64,000 bases of DNA from Camelus ferus (taxonomy: Eukaryota): the NCBI RefSeq assembly GCF_009834535.1, contig NC_045696.1, forward strand, positions 19,780,001 through 19,844,000, in the 5' to 3' direction. Below, piece after piece: positions 1-12,645 of the stretch. The notes beneath the pieces were generated by a model, which saw only the letters and a list, made by a program, of their open reading frames with translations, was not told where the DNA came from and made no database searches. Numbering within the stretch: the stretch's first letter is position 1; every line of letters starts with the position of its first letter. The position numbers and the translations under genes are program-made.

Positions 1-514
1 TATATATTATAATTTACTTTTATATTAAATCTAAATTTTACATTATTTTTGATAATAAGTTACAAAATAATTTAATCATTTCTTAATTAACTAAGAAAAG
101 GGCTCGCATTATTTGGTCGTACTATAAGAAAAAGCCACCCTAGCTAAAGAAGGTCATAATAATTAAAACACACATGCGCACGCACACACATACATCCTGA
201 ACACAGTTAGCCATTTACAGAAGTAAACTAAAAAGATACAGTATGTGAATATGTTCATGATGAAATATAAACATGTTGGTGATGAAACTGGGCTGTGTTT
301 CAACTCTCTGTCAACAGTCCTGTGTGTATTCTTAGGAAAACAGGCCTTGATTTGGCTGATGCAAAGAAAATGTAATCTGACCCAACTGTACAGCAATATG
401 TCTGGAAAGACTAAATGATACTGATTGTAAGCAAACAAAAATACAAAAAGAATTCACATGACAGAATATGTTTAATGTATTTCCTATACGATCAACATTC
501 AACAATGATAAACA

Positions 515-717
515 CACAGTGCTTAACTAAATGTCAGGCAAATATCTAAGGGCTTAACACTAACTGATTTAAATTTAGCTTTATCACTATTTCTAGAAAG
601 CATTATTTTCTTCATTTGACAGATATGGAAACTGAGGAACAAAGGTTTTAAGTGCCTGGTCCAGTGTCACCCAACAAGTGAAGCTGGGATTTGAGCCTAG
701 GCATTTTGGCTCCAGAA
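515..717 (-). mobile_element. MIR SINE relic
   Basis: Reverse-complement MIR core: catttgacagatatggaaactgagg...gtcacccaacaagt...ctgggatttgagcctaggcattttggctccaga. Confidence 0.85.
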
Positions 718-1036
718 CAGTGCTGCCTAATAACATGATGGGAGTTACATGAGGCAATTTTAAGTTTTCTGTAGCCACATTAAAAAAAGTAGAAAGAAAG
801 AGGTGAATTTTCTTTTAATATTGTGTTTTATTTAAACCAATATGTCGAAATAATATCATTTCAACACATGAGCAATACCCAAATTACTAATGAGATTTTT
901 ACATTATACTTTTTCATAGTAGTCTTCAAAAGTCAGCATGTGTTTTACACTTACAACACATCCCAATTTGGACTAACCACACTTCAAGTGCCCGATAGCC
1001 ATACGTGGCTAGTGGCTACCATATTGGGACGCACTG
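718..1036. mobile_element. MER33-like hAT-Charlie DNA transposon (non-autonomous)
   Basis: About 320 bp with CAGTGC...GCACTG terminal inverted repeats; typical body (tagccacattaaaaaaagt...tagccatacgtggctagtggctaccatattgg); degenerate 8-bp flanks ctccagaa/ctctggat. Confidence 0.85.
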
Positions 1037-1110
1037 CTCTTGGATATGTGTTTTAGGAATTAGGCACGGGAGCGTCTTAAGAGCCCTGGTCAATGGAAAC
1101 ATGTACCTAC

Positions 1111-1197
1111 TTTATCTTTGAAGGTAGAGCCCTCTGATTCTAGCTCTTGGTCCCAGCCCACCACGTGATCAACAAAAAGTAATGTGGAGATTCCTAT
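1111..1197 (-). other. Candidate 87-nt exon (unverified)
   Basis: Minus strand ctctttctcag|ATAGGAATC...GATAAA|gtaggt; phase 0-0 frame open (IGISTLLFVDHVVGWDQELESEGSTFKDK); peptide not recognised; donor mediocre. Confidence 0.2.
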
Positions 1198-1676
1198 CTG
1201 AGAAAGAGTGTATTATAAACCCGCTGTGACAATTTTCATCCAATTCATGGTCATATCTGTGATTATCAATTCAAACTTTTTATTTGACTTACTAATTGCT
1301 TTTTTGCTCCTTTGGTTAGAATGAATCCATCCCAGAGGTCTGGTAAACACTGAGTGTTCTGCTATCACAGGGTTTCTGGACCTATCAAGCTTCAGACTCT
1401 TCCTCACAGACACTGGCCTTGGCTGGCTTGAAACAGTGAAACAGGCTTTTTTTCTGTTCACTCAACTGCTATCTATTATGTGTTCAAGTTAGTGCAAAGT
1501 AAGGAAGACCACATACGGAAATCTGCATGTAATTTAAAATACAGATGGACTATACTTAAAATAGTAACCATATGAGAGGTTGCAAGTGGCATTTCACTGT
1601 TAAAAAATGGGTAATTTTACATATGTGTCCACACAAATAATAAAATCATCAATATTCACACCAAATAATAAAAATG

Positions 1677-2685
1677 CAGGTAGTCTCCACTTTTCAGAGT
1701 TCCAAAGTGCCTGAATTTTGATTGCCACAGCTCAGTTAAATCACATCACCCACTACAACGTGCATGATTCAGAGTGTATTGTTACTGTGATATACTGACT
1801 GTTGCATAAAGTACCTATGTGGGTGCTAGTTTGCAGGTACATAAATTACTATGTAGATAATGGTTGTGTATCATGACCATTGATTGGCCAGCAATGTCAT
1901 TTATTCCACAGTCTGTTAATGATTGATCACGGTGAATCTGTTCAGTTTATGCAGCAAAAGCAAAGCCAATGACTATACTGCTTCTTTGTCTCCCAGGATA
2001 TTTCAAAGATGGATAACACAAATGAAAGTTTAAGGAAGAAATGAAAAGTGATAATGTTGGAAGTGAAATTCAAGTCAAAAGTAAATGGAGTTACAGAAGG
2101 AACGATGACTTGGGATTGTTGACCCTGCCACCCTTTAAGAGGCTCTAGATATGAAGCCAAAAGACTTTAGTTAAGGCAAAAATCAACACAAATGAAGAAA
2201 CTTGACAGTGACAAAAAAAAAAGGGAAGATATTCCAGAGGAAGTGATGCCAACAAAAATTTCATATTAAAAAAAAAAACTCTTGGAGGTATTTCACAATA
2301 TTGAAAGAGCAGAGAATAAAATGTTGGAAGCTGATCCAAACTTTGAAAGAAATATGACAAAAGATGCTTGCTTATGACATTCACCATGAATTATACAGCA
2401 AGAAGGCAAGCGCTGCTCAAACAACTCTGGGTAAGTATTTTACCAAAGAAAGAAATCACTTTAATTCTCAATACGCCTAAAGTTTTAAATTAAACAAATA
2501 TTAGTTTTACTATTTTTCACATCTTTATGCCTTTATGACCAAGAGTAAGAGATGTTTAATGTTTTGACAAAGATATTTAAATGTTACAGAACAATCCTAA
2601 TTTTCCCACTGACTTGTTTGCATAGTTTCAGCTTGGGCTGTCGTCTTTGTGATCCCACACTACCATGCAAAATGAGGACTGCTTA
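1677..2685 (+). mobile_element. Tigger6-like TcMar-Tigger DNA transposon (internally deleted)
   Basis: Termini caggtagtctccacttt...gcaaaatgaggactgctta resemble Tigger6 TIRs; decayed transposase ends (atggataac...aaaagtgataatgttggaagtgaaattc; ggaagctgatccaaac...aagaaggcaagc...caaacaactctgg). Confidence 0.8.
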
Positions 2686-4799
2686 TATGCACTTTAAGAC
2701 ATCATTAACACTGGATTCAGTGAAATGTAAAAAGAAATTCCCATCAAGCACTTGGGCATTTAAAGAGAAGTGAATTAAAACATTTAAAGTCAACATCTTA
2801 TCTATTCTGAGATAAAGAAAATTGGAACAAGCTGGCAAGCACCCTTGTTGATAAGAATTTGCTCGTTGTTATCTAATGTATTAAATACAATTAACAGTAA
2901 TAGGTAAGGCATTCTCTGTAAGACAAAGACAAAGTGCAAGAGGAAATGAGGAATCTCCATGGATGTTCCCAGTGGATAATTAAGGTTTTCTCTGTTTCTC
3001 ATAAACAGATGTTCCGCTCCCACTGCCTTTGATACATATCTGCCTCATTAGTTTCTTCCCTCTTGTCTCGCACTTCCCATTTATTTTAAAAAGTTCATCT
3101 GTGAGTTTCTGATGGGAAAGTGTAATATTCAACAGCCAGCCCTTAATGAGTTCTACTATATGTCAGACACTGTGCTAGATTAGATTAGAGATAAATAAAT
3201 CACATCTTTCTGAAAAATACTATGGGAAAGCTGATACTTGCATGAAATGTGAGGCAGAGAATAAAAACTAATATGATGATCTTACTTAATACTCAATTTT
3301 TTAATATTTTCTTTTTTACTTGTATTTTTCTTTATAGCACTCATGTTCCATTGCTTTCATTTATATATTTCCACATGTACGTAATACAGTCATTCTTTGT
3401 AGAAATAGGCATATTTGAAAAGTTTCTTATCATTCGTCCTTAAAAACTACTTAAGTAACTTCACTCTAGTTTTTCTTCTATATTTAGTTTTTAACATAAA
3501 CTTCTTATCTACATATTCCACGATTTTTTTCCTTTTCTTATCTTTTTTTAAGGTGAAGTTAGCTGTGTAGATAGATAGGATGGATACGTAACTTGAAGAA
3601 ATATTTAGAATATTTTCTATGCTTAATATAATCAATAATTAGTTACACTAGTGCTTTAATTTTATTAACAGTCTTACGTATACATGTGTTCTTTTTTTTT
3701 CCTGACTAATGGATCACTCATGTGATTTGCACCAAAAATGCATCCTTCCAAATGAAAAGATTAAACTGGAACATACATGCTTTTTGAAGGAACTATCTAT
3801 TGATTTATAATTATGAACAATTAAGTTGCACTTTCATTTTAGAACTGGTATATATTTTACCTTTTAAAACAGACATAATCTGAATTGACTTTATATTTCT
3901 TAAGACATGCAAAACAACAGTACAACCTCAGGAAAATGATTACATTTAACTAATCAACTGTTAATAAATCTATACAAAGAAAGCTAATGAACTAATTCCT
4001 TTCTAATAGTAAATATCAATATTCAGAGAAACTTAAAACTCTTAGAAGTCAACAATTATGTCTCTAATATGCACCAAAATTCTTCATTATTCACTGATTA
4101 AGACTGATGTCTCTGTGGAAATTCTGCCAATTAGAAGTGTTTAATTTGAATTTTCTTAAATCTTTATAGTTAATCTGCCCCCCTAAGAATAGTCTTTTTA
4201 AACATTTTCACTTACATCTGTACATAAGCCTTTAAAAAATGCTGTGCCTAATATCTTTGTAGAAAGCTACCTTGTAATATACATGATTTGTAAAGTTCCA
4301 AACAAAACACTCATTCAGTCATTCTGAGAACACATTTAGAAACCCTGAAATAAGTGAAATTCATAAAATCACTTTAAATATTGTTTTATCCATGCAAATC
4401 TCAGTTTCCTGAAATACACTTGAAATCCTAAATAGTATATTTAGAAGAGTTATGCCTAATGACAGAGCATATTCCTAATCTTTCAAGTAACAAAACATGC
4501 CCAAGGTGTAGAATTGTCTTTATGTTACCCTTCCTGAAAGCTTTTTTAGGGCACACCATTTCCATCTTCTTCCTGAGTACCTTTTGTTTTTCAACAATCT
4601 GCTTAATGATTGGTTTTCTTTGTTTTTTGTATGCTTTTAAAGCAATAAAATTTCTCTGTAAATTACCTTCAAATGTGCATTTGTATATGCAGGTTTGACA
4701 ATAAACATTTGAATTTCATTGTTATCTATCAATAAATTTTAATTGTCAAGTTATGATTTTTTTCCCAACAGTCGACCTATACAGCCAATCATAACAATA

Positions 4800-5580
4800 G
4801 CGATCAAGTATATAATCTAGGCAAAACGAGGCACTGGAGCCCTTCTCACAGAGTTGACAAAAAGAGAAGGGAACATGAACATATCCCTGAAAACAGAGAT
4901 ACAAAGGACAAGTACAGGGTGGAAGGAGAGCTTACAGAAGAAGCATTCAATCCACTTAGAGAAATTTCCTTGAGAAAAAGGTCTCCTTGAGGTCATTACA
5001 CTATAAATGAAATGTACAAGTGAAGAAGTGAAGAAGGAAGGTAAGAACTTCCTAGGCAACGAAAGTGCAAATGATGGAATTACAAAGAATTGAAATAAGG
5101 ACAGCAATTTGGAGCCTAGAGACTGACGTCAGTCACAGAGAAAGATGCTGCTAGGTGGGGAGACCACAAGAGTTGAGGCCACGCAGAAGCAGACTAAGGG
5201 AATTGTCACTACCATAGTGTTTACACTTCATCCCAGAATTAATGAGAAGCCACTGAATTAATTTTTGGGGCAGTATAAAAGTATGTACATACCTCCAATT
5301 TTAAAAGGATGCTCTTTCTAGAAGAGGGACTAGAATGGACGTGAACAATTATGATGTGATGACAGCATGATGGCTGGCGTGGCCCATGATGGAGGTTGTG
5401 AAGACAGAAACCAGTGGATGATATCTAAGATAATTTATTGAAGTGACCAAACCTGCATGATTCGTCAATGGATTGTGCTTAGGTATGGGGAATGAACAGG
5501 AGATGATTTTAGGATCTCATTTGGGCACTGAAAAAATGTCACAGACATGAAATATTACAAGATGGGATATTTTCAGAGGG
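4800..5580 (-). mobile_element. L2 LINE relic (highly decayed)
   Basis: Purine-rich antisense-L2-like segments (gagaagccactgaa..., gtggatgatatctaagataattt...atggattg). Confidence 0.5.
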
Positions 5581-5583
5581 GAG

Positions 5584-7000
5584 TGTAATGAGTCTGACTC
5601 AGAGAAAGCCATCTGACTTACAACCATGAGTGGAGCCAACATATAGGGTTAAGCAAGCCAAGTCTACCTCCCTCAGACTAGTGAAGCAGGGCCCCCAAGG
5701 GCCCTAAGATTTCTAATGCCTTCTTGGGAATTTTTAAGCTCTTCTTTGTTTCCTAAGACTGGGCAGAGTTGGGAGCACTCTTTAGATGAGATCCCCTGAG
5801 CTAAGACCAGGACTCACAAGAGTCTCATTCCTGCATTTCTCTGTATCATGCATGATGCTCTCATCCAGCCTCTTTAAAGGGTCAGTCTTATGCCTGAAGA
5901 TCTCTGAAATGTGTGTCTCTGGGATCATCTAGGGACCCAGGGGTAGGGCAGGTTTCAGGAGGGTGGCTTGATGAGCACCTCACTCTCACTGGCTAGTGTG
6001 TAAATTCTTTTGTGAAACTGTGTGAGATTGGTTCACCAGAATTGTCCTGACATGCTGAGTTTGGGTGACTCAAATTACTCATATAGACAAGAGCCCTGCA
6101 AGATACTTGCCTGGATCTCCTTTTCCCTCAACATCCACATAGTTCCAGGGGTGGGCCTATAGCCAACACTAAAGGGACAATTTCTTTTTATTATTATTTA
6201 AAAAATTTTTTTTTAAATTTAACTTAATTTAATTTTTTTTTTTTTACTGAAGTATAGTCAGTTACAATGCATCCATTTCTGGGTACAACAATGTCTCAGT
6301 CATACATATATATACATACATTTGTTTTCATATTTTTTCATTAAAGATTATTATAAGATACTGAATATAGTTTCTGTGGTATACAGAAGAAATCTGTTTT
6401 TGTATCGACTTACATATATAGTGGCTATCATTTGCAAATCTCAAACTCCCAAATTTATCCCTTTCCACTCCTTTTCCCCCAGTAACCATGAGATTGTTTA
6501 CTGTCTGTGAGTCTGTTTCTGTTTTGTAAATGATGAGCTCATTAGTGTTCTCTTTTTCTTTCTTTCTTTCTTTTTTTTTTTTTTTAGATTTCACATATGA
6601 GTGATATGATATGGCATTTTTCTTTCTCTTTCTGGCCTAATTCATTTAGAATTCAGAGAAAGATCCATAAGTTCATCCCAGACCAAAGCCAGGGGGGAAA
6701 GATTATTGAGAAGAGGGGTTGACTGCTAGGCTAGAAGGAAAGAGATGTATCTTCAACCAAAGGATTAAACAATCACATCCTGAATCCTGGTTAGAAGCTA
6801 AGTTAGATTTGCTGAAGAAATAAGCATAACAGATCTGGATGGATCGAGACCTAGGTAGAGGACAAATCTTGGTCATGCATGTCTCCTTTTAACTTGGTTT
6901 CAGGATCCTCCTAGACCAAGAGAGAGTCCTGAAAGGAGCAGTTTTCTCTGAAAAGTTGTGGGATTCCAGATCTGAGACTTAATATGGTGATTTATTAACT
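5584..7000. mobile_element. Probable ancient LTR-like element interrupted by L1 (family not recognised)
   Basis: GC-richer block starting tgtaatgag, continuing with similar composition on both sides of the L1 at 6181-6652. Confidence 0.3.
6181..6652 (-). mobile_element. Camelid-type L1 3' end, 5'-truncated
   Basis: T-rich tail, then tactgaagtatagtcagttacaatg...gtatacagaagaaatc...gatttcacatatgagtgatatgatatggcatttttctttctctttctggc, the antisense L1 3' UTR. Confidence 0.9.
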
Positions 7001-7234
7001 GAATGAGCTAGAATATCACTTATTGAAAATAAGACATTGAGGGCATTTTTGTTTCATTATTCATAATAACGAATACTGAACTTGATGCTTTCTAGCATCC
7101 TTCCAGCTGCACATTTCAATTTCCTATATTATGTTTGTTTCCTGTTTCTTCAGTACCTTAAACTGTGGGTTCAGTGCTCAGCCCATCCTAATATATAATC
7201 TGTCCTCAAATAGCACTTGAAAGAGGTGGGAAGA

Positions 7235-7670
7235 TGTATTAGTCAGAGCTCTGGCTGAGAATAAAAGAATAAACCTAGTTTCAGTCTATGCAAGAAGTAC
7301 TGGCTCATGTATAGCTTCCTCACAGGAAAGGGAGGGTGAACCTGAGAATCAACTGGGCAGGTACCTGCATGCTATCAGGAATTACATAATCTTTTTTGTT
7401 TGTTTTCCTTGAAGGCTAATCTACAGAATCTTTCATGTTCACATCCTATTAGCCCATGATCCAAAGAGGAGCAGTCTCTTCCCTGATATCTACACTTTGA
7501 AGTATCTTTAACAATGATTGGATGAGTTTACAGCACATGCCCATTTCTGGATTGATGACAATGTCCAAAAGCATCCGTCACTTGGATCTCTAACTAGGGA
7601 AGGTAGAGGGGCAGTTCCCAAGAGAAAAGTATGCTATTCCAGAGGAGGGGAGAGTGAAGAGAGACAACAG
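7235..7670 (-). mobile_element. Old MaLR LTR (MLT1J/K/L-like)
   Basis: Starts tgtattagtcag (reverse of the MaLR end ctgactaataca); tactggctcatgta; gattgg...cacatgccca; ggggcagttccca...aaa. Confidence 0.65.
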
Positions 7671-9874
7671 AGTAAGTCAGGAGGCAGGGGGCAGAATCGT
7701 AGCCTACTTGTCATTTGTCCCCTATGCCTGCATTCAGACAACACTTCCTTTAAACTTCGACCCTAGTGATTGATTTTCTTGGACGTGACCAATTATCTTC
7801 CTGATCTTCCTCTAATCCCTGAACTTCCTAATATCTCTGGACTTGACAAAGTTATGAGACGTTATTAACAAGTTATGAAGGCACCACAGGTGATGTCAAG
7901 TCATTGATCTACTCATTGCTACAAAAGTTCTGTGGTATATTTGTAACTGATATTGTTATTTTTATTTTAATATTTTGTATAATATTAAGTAAAACCACAT
8001 ATTATACAGGGAAATAAAGTATATTTTCTACTGCATATTACTTGAGTTCTGTAGCAGTTCAGTAACTCTGGAGCATGCCAACAATAAGTAATTAAAAGTT
8101 AGATGTTTATACATGGCTTAGGTGAGAATCAAGGAACTCAAGTTCTTACCCCAGATTTCCCGATTTATAACATTCCTCTAAACTCATATTTTTTCCACTT
8201 TTTAAAATGGAAATATTATGTTAACTAACTGATGTTCACTTAAACTAATACCTTTATTAGTAGTCTGAGAAATGTTACTCATTTATGTGTCTTAAAGCGA
8301 GTAGCTACTATGCATTGTCATTATTCGTAAAACAAAAATAACTATACACGCTAATGACTATTTCCACCAAAATTGAAAGCTTAAATTAATTAAATTATTA
8401 GTGCAGTGAATTCTTCTAGCGTAATCATACATTTTGTAGTATGTAAGAGTAAATATTTAAAATTAAGTTTAATACTCAAATTGAAATTCAATTCCAAAGA
8501 AGTTATTCTAAAAAATCTATGAAATCTCCTAAGTTGTTAAAGCAGATTAAAGGATAATTCAGAAATTTCCTCCCTTTAAATTTTTTTTGTATACTAAATG
8601 GAAATATTGAATAATGCTGCAGAGAGTATATTTTAATCAACTCTTAGTCAAAAGACTTCCTCATCATTTTATAGACAATGTCAACAACCCTTCTCATCAC
8701 AGGCAAGTTCCCTACCTACCACCAAGAACTTGGAGCAAGAACTTAACCATTCTATACACAAACATGTCTAACATAAATTCATTTTTTATTTTATTCATCT
8801 GTTAATTATCAAATATTGATAGACAGTCTAGTTGGTTAGGCTCTCTTTTATGTATTAAAATAAGGTATCTAAAACCAATTCCCTAATCATGGAGAGTACA
8901 TAAATCAATATTAACTTTCAAGATGTTCCTGTGTACATATTCACAACACTTTATAGAAAGAAAAAAAATGGAGGTTCTTTTTAAAAAAATATCATTTCTT
9001 GAACATTGAGACTTAATTATAGTATTGAATTACCTTCTCTATTTTAAGATACTCTATAGAGAGTAATCTTTTTCAGTGTCAGATAATTATGAGGCTAACT
9101 AGTGCACTTAAGGAAAGAAACATACAGCCTCAAGTCTTTCTTAGAATGATAACTGAGCAATACTCGTAATCACATTCATTATTCTCAGTAAAATGTTTCA
9201 AGAAGCAGTTATCATTTGCACTGCCCTTTTGATTTGAAAAAGAAAACTTTTTTAAGGATAACTGGATTTTTTTCATTATACTATGTGGGACTTTCTATTT
9301 TATTTTAAATTTGTATTTTGTTCAAAGCAAATAAAAAAGTACAGCTCAATTATTTACTTTAGAATAGAGTTGGTAATAAATGGTTAGCACTTACAATTTA
9401 AAATTATTTTGTTAAAGAAAATGTTATGTGCCTCTGATTAAAGATATTATGTTATTGACAGATCTGGAAGTAAGGTAACAGAGTTGTAAAATTTCCAAAT
9501 GGCAGTGGAGTAAATAGCCCAGAGATATACAGTGTATCTGAAAACCTATAGAATAAAGAAGACTCTAATCATAAATTATGGAATATATTAAATGCACTTA
9601 CATAATAAAATCACCCTCAGTTGTGTACTATTACCAAACAGACCAAAAAACCTATAGATAAGTAAGTAGGGTCACATAATTTTTAAGCAAGGATATAATT
9701 CATTAATGCCACATCTACTATTAAGAACCTACTATATATGTGCCAAGCATTGTACTCAAGTTGGGGATACAGCATGAACAAAAGACCAAAAGCCCCTTCT
9801 TTCACAGAACTAACATTCTAGGGGTGAGAGACCAGTAATAAACAAATAAATAAAACAAACTAGAAAAGTCAAAT

Positions 9875-10411
9875 TGTTAAGTAATTAGATAAGTGGGGGC
9901 ACTGGGCATATAGGTGGAGGAGAGGGAGGACGTTATGCCCGCCTCCAATATAAAAAGACTTTACTTCTTCTAAATGAGTGCCAGTAAGAAACTGGTTAGA
10001 ACCGGACAGCCACAGCTGCGCAGCAGCAGAAAGGACTTCCCCGGACATGACCCGAGGTTCATTGTATTACAATTAACATTACAGTTTAGGGCTTCTCCCG
10101 CCACGGGTTTTCCGGTGTCCACCATGGGTAAGGACATGTGCAAAAGGCCCAAACATGAGTAAGCCCTCCAGGGATGAGAGCCGTCAATCAATCAAGAGAC
10201 CGCCTCTAAGTAAAGGTGTAAAGACAAAGGGGAGACAAAACCCGCCGCTTTTCCTCTCTTGGATCAGTAAGCCTGCCCTTCTTGGAGGGGTACTTTTCCT
10301 TTTTAAAAATACATCTTTCAAAATCTTTCACTATATAACACGCCATCTCCCGACTGTCAACTTATCTTTCAGGTATGACAAGAACTGGGGTCTTTACCTT
10401 TTGGGGTAACA
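9875..10411 (+). mobile_element. Young ERV1-class solo LTR (537 bp)
   Basis: TGTTA...TAACA inverted termini; 4-bp flanks AAAT/AGAT (TSD, 1 mismatch); many intact CpGs; sharp interruption of L2. Confidence 0.85.
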
Positions 10412-10531
10412 AGATGATGACAAACGCGCTGGAGGAAAAGCACACAAGAGGGCAATGCTGGAGTGAGGATGGGGGGCTACTGATTTCCAGTTTCCATAAG
10501 AAATGGTCTCATGGTAAAAAATGACATTTGG

Positions 10532-10666
10532 CTTTGTTTGTTTGGTGCGGGGGAGGTACTTACGTTTATTCATTGATTTATTCTTAGAGGAGGTACTGGG
10601 GATTGAACCCAGGACCTCAATGCATGCTAAGCATGTGCTCTACCACTTGAGCTATACCCTTCCTCC
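10532..10666 (-). mobile_element. Camelid tRNA-Ala-derived SINE (vic-1 type)
   Basis: Minus strand GGGTATAGCTCAAGTGGTAGAGCACATGCTTAGCATGCATTGAGGTCCTGGGTTCAATCCCCAGTACCTCC with A and B boxes and A-rich tail; TSD-like flanks taaaaaatgacatttgg / taaaaaacatttgg. Confidence 0.9.
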
Positions 10667-11368
10667 TAAAAAACATTTGGGACAGCACTGAGGTTGGGGG
10701 AGGGCAAGCCATGCACACACCTGGGTAGAGAACATAGAGGCTTTTCCTAGGTGGCTGAAGCAACAGCAAGCAGGGTAACTGGACATAAATTTTAAAAGGA
10801 AAAACTGCAGTGAGAACCTTTCAAAAAGCTTGCAAGGTTCTGGCTTTTTATTCCCTGAGTAACAAAGAAACCACTGGAGGAACTGATAGTTTCAGCTTCT
10901 GTTCTTAAAGGGTCACTGTAGCTGCTGTATGAATACAATACACTGGGGTGGAGTGGTGACAGCAGGCAGCATTATATGTAAAAAGAACCAGTGGCATTTA
11001 TTAAAAACTAAATTAGGCTTGGCATATCTACTGATGGCAATACCTGATTTTTTTTCCATGAGTAGTTTTGCTAGGATATTTAAGATATCACTGTTTCCTG
11101 ACAATACAAGATGAAGGCTGCCCCATTCACTTTTGACACTGCGTGTTTTACCCTTTGCAAACTGGTAGCCTCCCAGAACTAACTGGTATTTTCAGTTTGC
11201 ATTGTTGGATCAGAAAATATTAAAAAGTGATAATAAAAACTGAACTTGATTTTTTTAAATTAAGAACTATCACATTAAAAATCCACATATATCTTAAGTA
11301 TTAAAAAATATCAAGTGAACAGAGAATAGACAGGAAGACACAAGTAAAGTAAAAAAGGGAAGAAAAAG

Positions 11369-11532
11369 CAATGCTTCTCAAATCTTAAATGTATATACAT
11401 GTCATGTGGGAAATTGTGAATGGCAAATTCTGACTGAGTATGTCTGGAGGATGATCCGAGATGCTGCTCTGTAAATGACCTTCTAGTGGCTGCTGAAGCT
11501 ACAGGTGCTTGGATCAGATCTTGGGTAGAAAG
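11369..11532. mobile_element. MER5-like hAT-Charlie MITE
   Basis: caatgcttctcaaa...aaattctgactgagtatgtctgga...gagatgctgc...gctgctgaagctacaggt. Confidence 0.7.
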
Positions 11533-12645
11533 ATGCCCGAGGCAGGAGCAGTTTACACTGCCCTCCTGGAATTCTCACATCCCTACTCATTTACTGCTGT
11601 TGAGGCTGTCTGTGTTAACTGCACTGACATTTGTTGGCTTTGAGTGTTTATTCTCTGTTTCAGAAGATGGTCTCTTGGTTAAACTATGTAAATAGGTTGG
11701 CTGCTTTTAAACTAGGAGTTGCAATTTAATGCACACAGGGGATCTACTTACAAATTCAAAAGAAGAGATATTATCATGTCTTACCATTCAAATATAGTCA
11801 GTGGACTGTCAGAAACACGTGGACAGACAGTTTAAATATATTATGCAGAAAGCAGTGATAGATTCAGTGGAGGATGCGATGAGAAGTCACAGGGGCAAAA
11901 TAACTAAGAGACATAAACAGAGAAAAAGGAAGAGAAATCGGAGAGCAGTTGTTTTAGATGCCACGGGCATCCATGCTCAAATCCCAGTTTCAGACAAATT
12001 CATTCTGGCATAGGCATCTAGCTTCAGCTAGAAACTGATGTCCAGGGAAATATTTAGCCTTGCTGCACTAATATCTGTAGTGAGAGCATCTCAGGGAACT
12101 AACAGAAAAAAAAAGTGGTGCTTTTTAATGTGATTCTTCACTGTGGTTTGATTGCCACTAATAGACAGCAGATGGGACAGATACTTAAGGGAGAGAAAAG
12201 GCTCATAGAAGTTTTCTGATCAAAATACGCAGCGATACTCTAAATTGCATCATAACTTTGAGAATTCTATTGTGCAACATTTTTCAGAAAACAAAATTAT
12301 TTTAAGTGCTAGGTTTCTTTATTGATAGTAATTATTCCCAAATACTTATTTTAGGGTAATTTTAATTGCATCTTCAAATAAAGATTTTATTTTATTTTTT
12401 GCAAAGCATAACTTCTCTAGTTCTAAAGTCCTTGTATTGAGTGGAAAGTTTCTAATGGCCAGTTTTTGCTAAAAAAATAATAATAGAAACAAAAAACTCA
12501 CAAAACATTCTCCTAATATGGCTCACTACCCAAATTATAAATCTATGATCCCTGCAGCCTAAAAACTGCCACCTGTAAGTGTCTCTGGCTGTGAATGGAT
12601 GTGCTCAGAAAATAGTTCTGTCAAACACTGATCACTGAAATCATA

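Larger units (their letters stand above)
9700..10880 (-). mobile_element. L2 3' relic interrupted by a solo LTR and a SINE
   Basis: ttcatt...acctactatatatgtgccaagcattgtactcaagttggggatacagc...acattctagggg; L2-like sequence resumes after 10411 and after 10666. Confidence 0.8.

Noticed and set aside
2000..2460. Intact transposase gene
   Set aside because: Only decayed N- and C-terminal remnants of a Tigger ORF remain, with stops, frameshifts and an internal deletion
10590..10662. tRNA-Ala(AGC) gene (also 27736-27810)
   Set aside because: The tRNA-like head is followed by a SINE tail and flanked by TSDs, so these are SINE copies rather than tRNA genes
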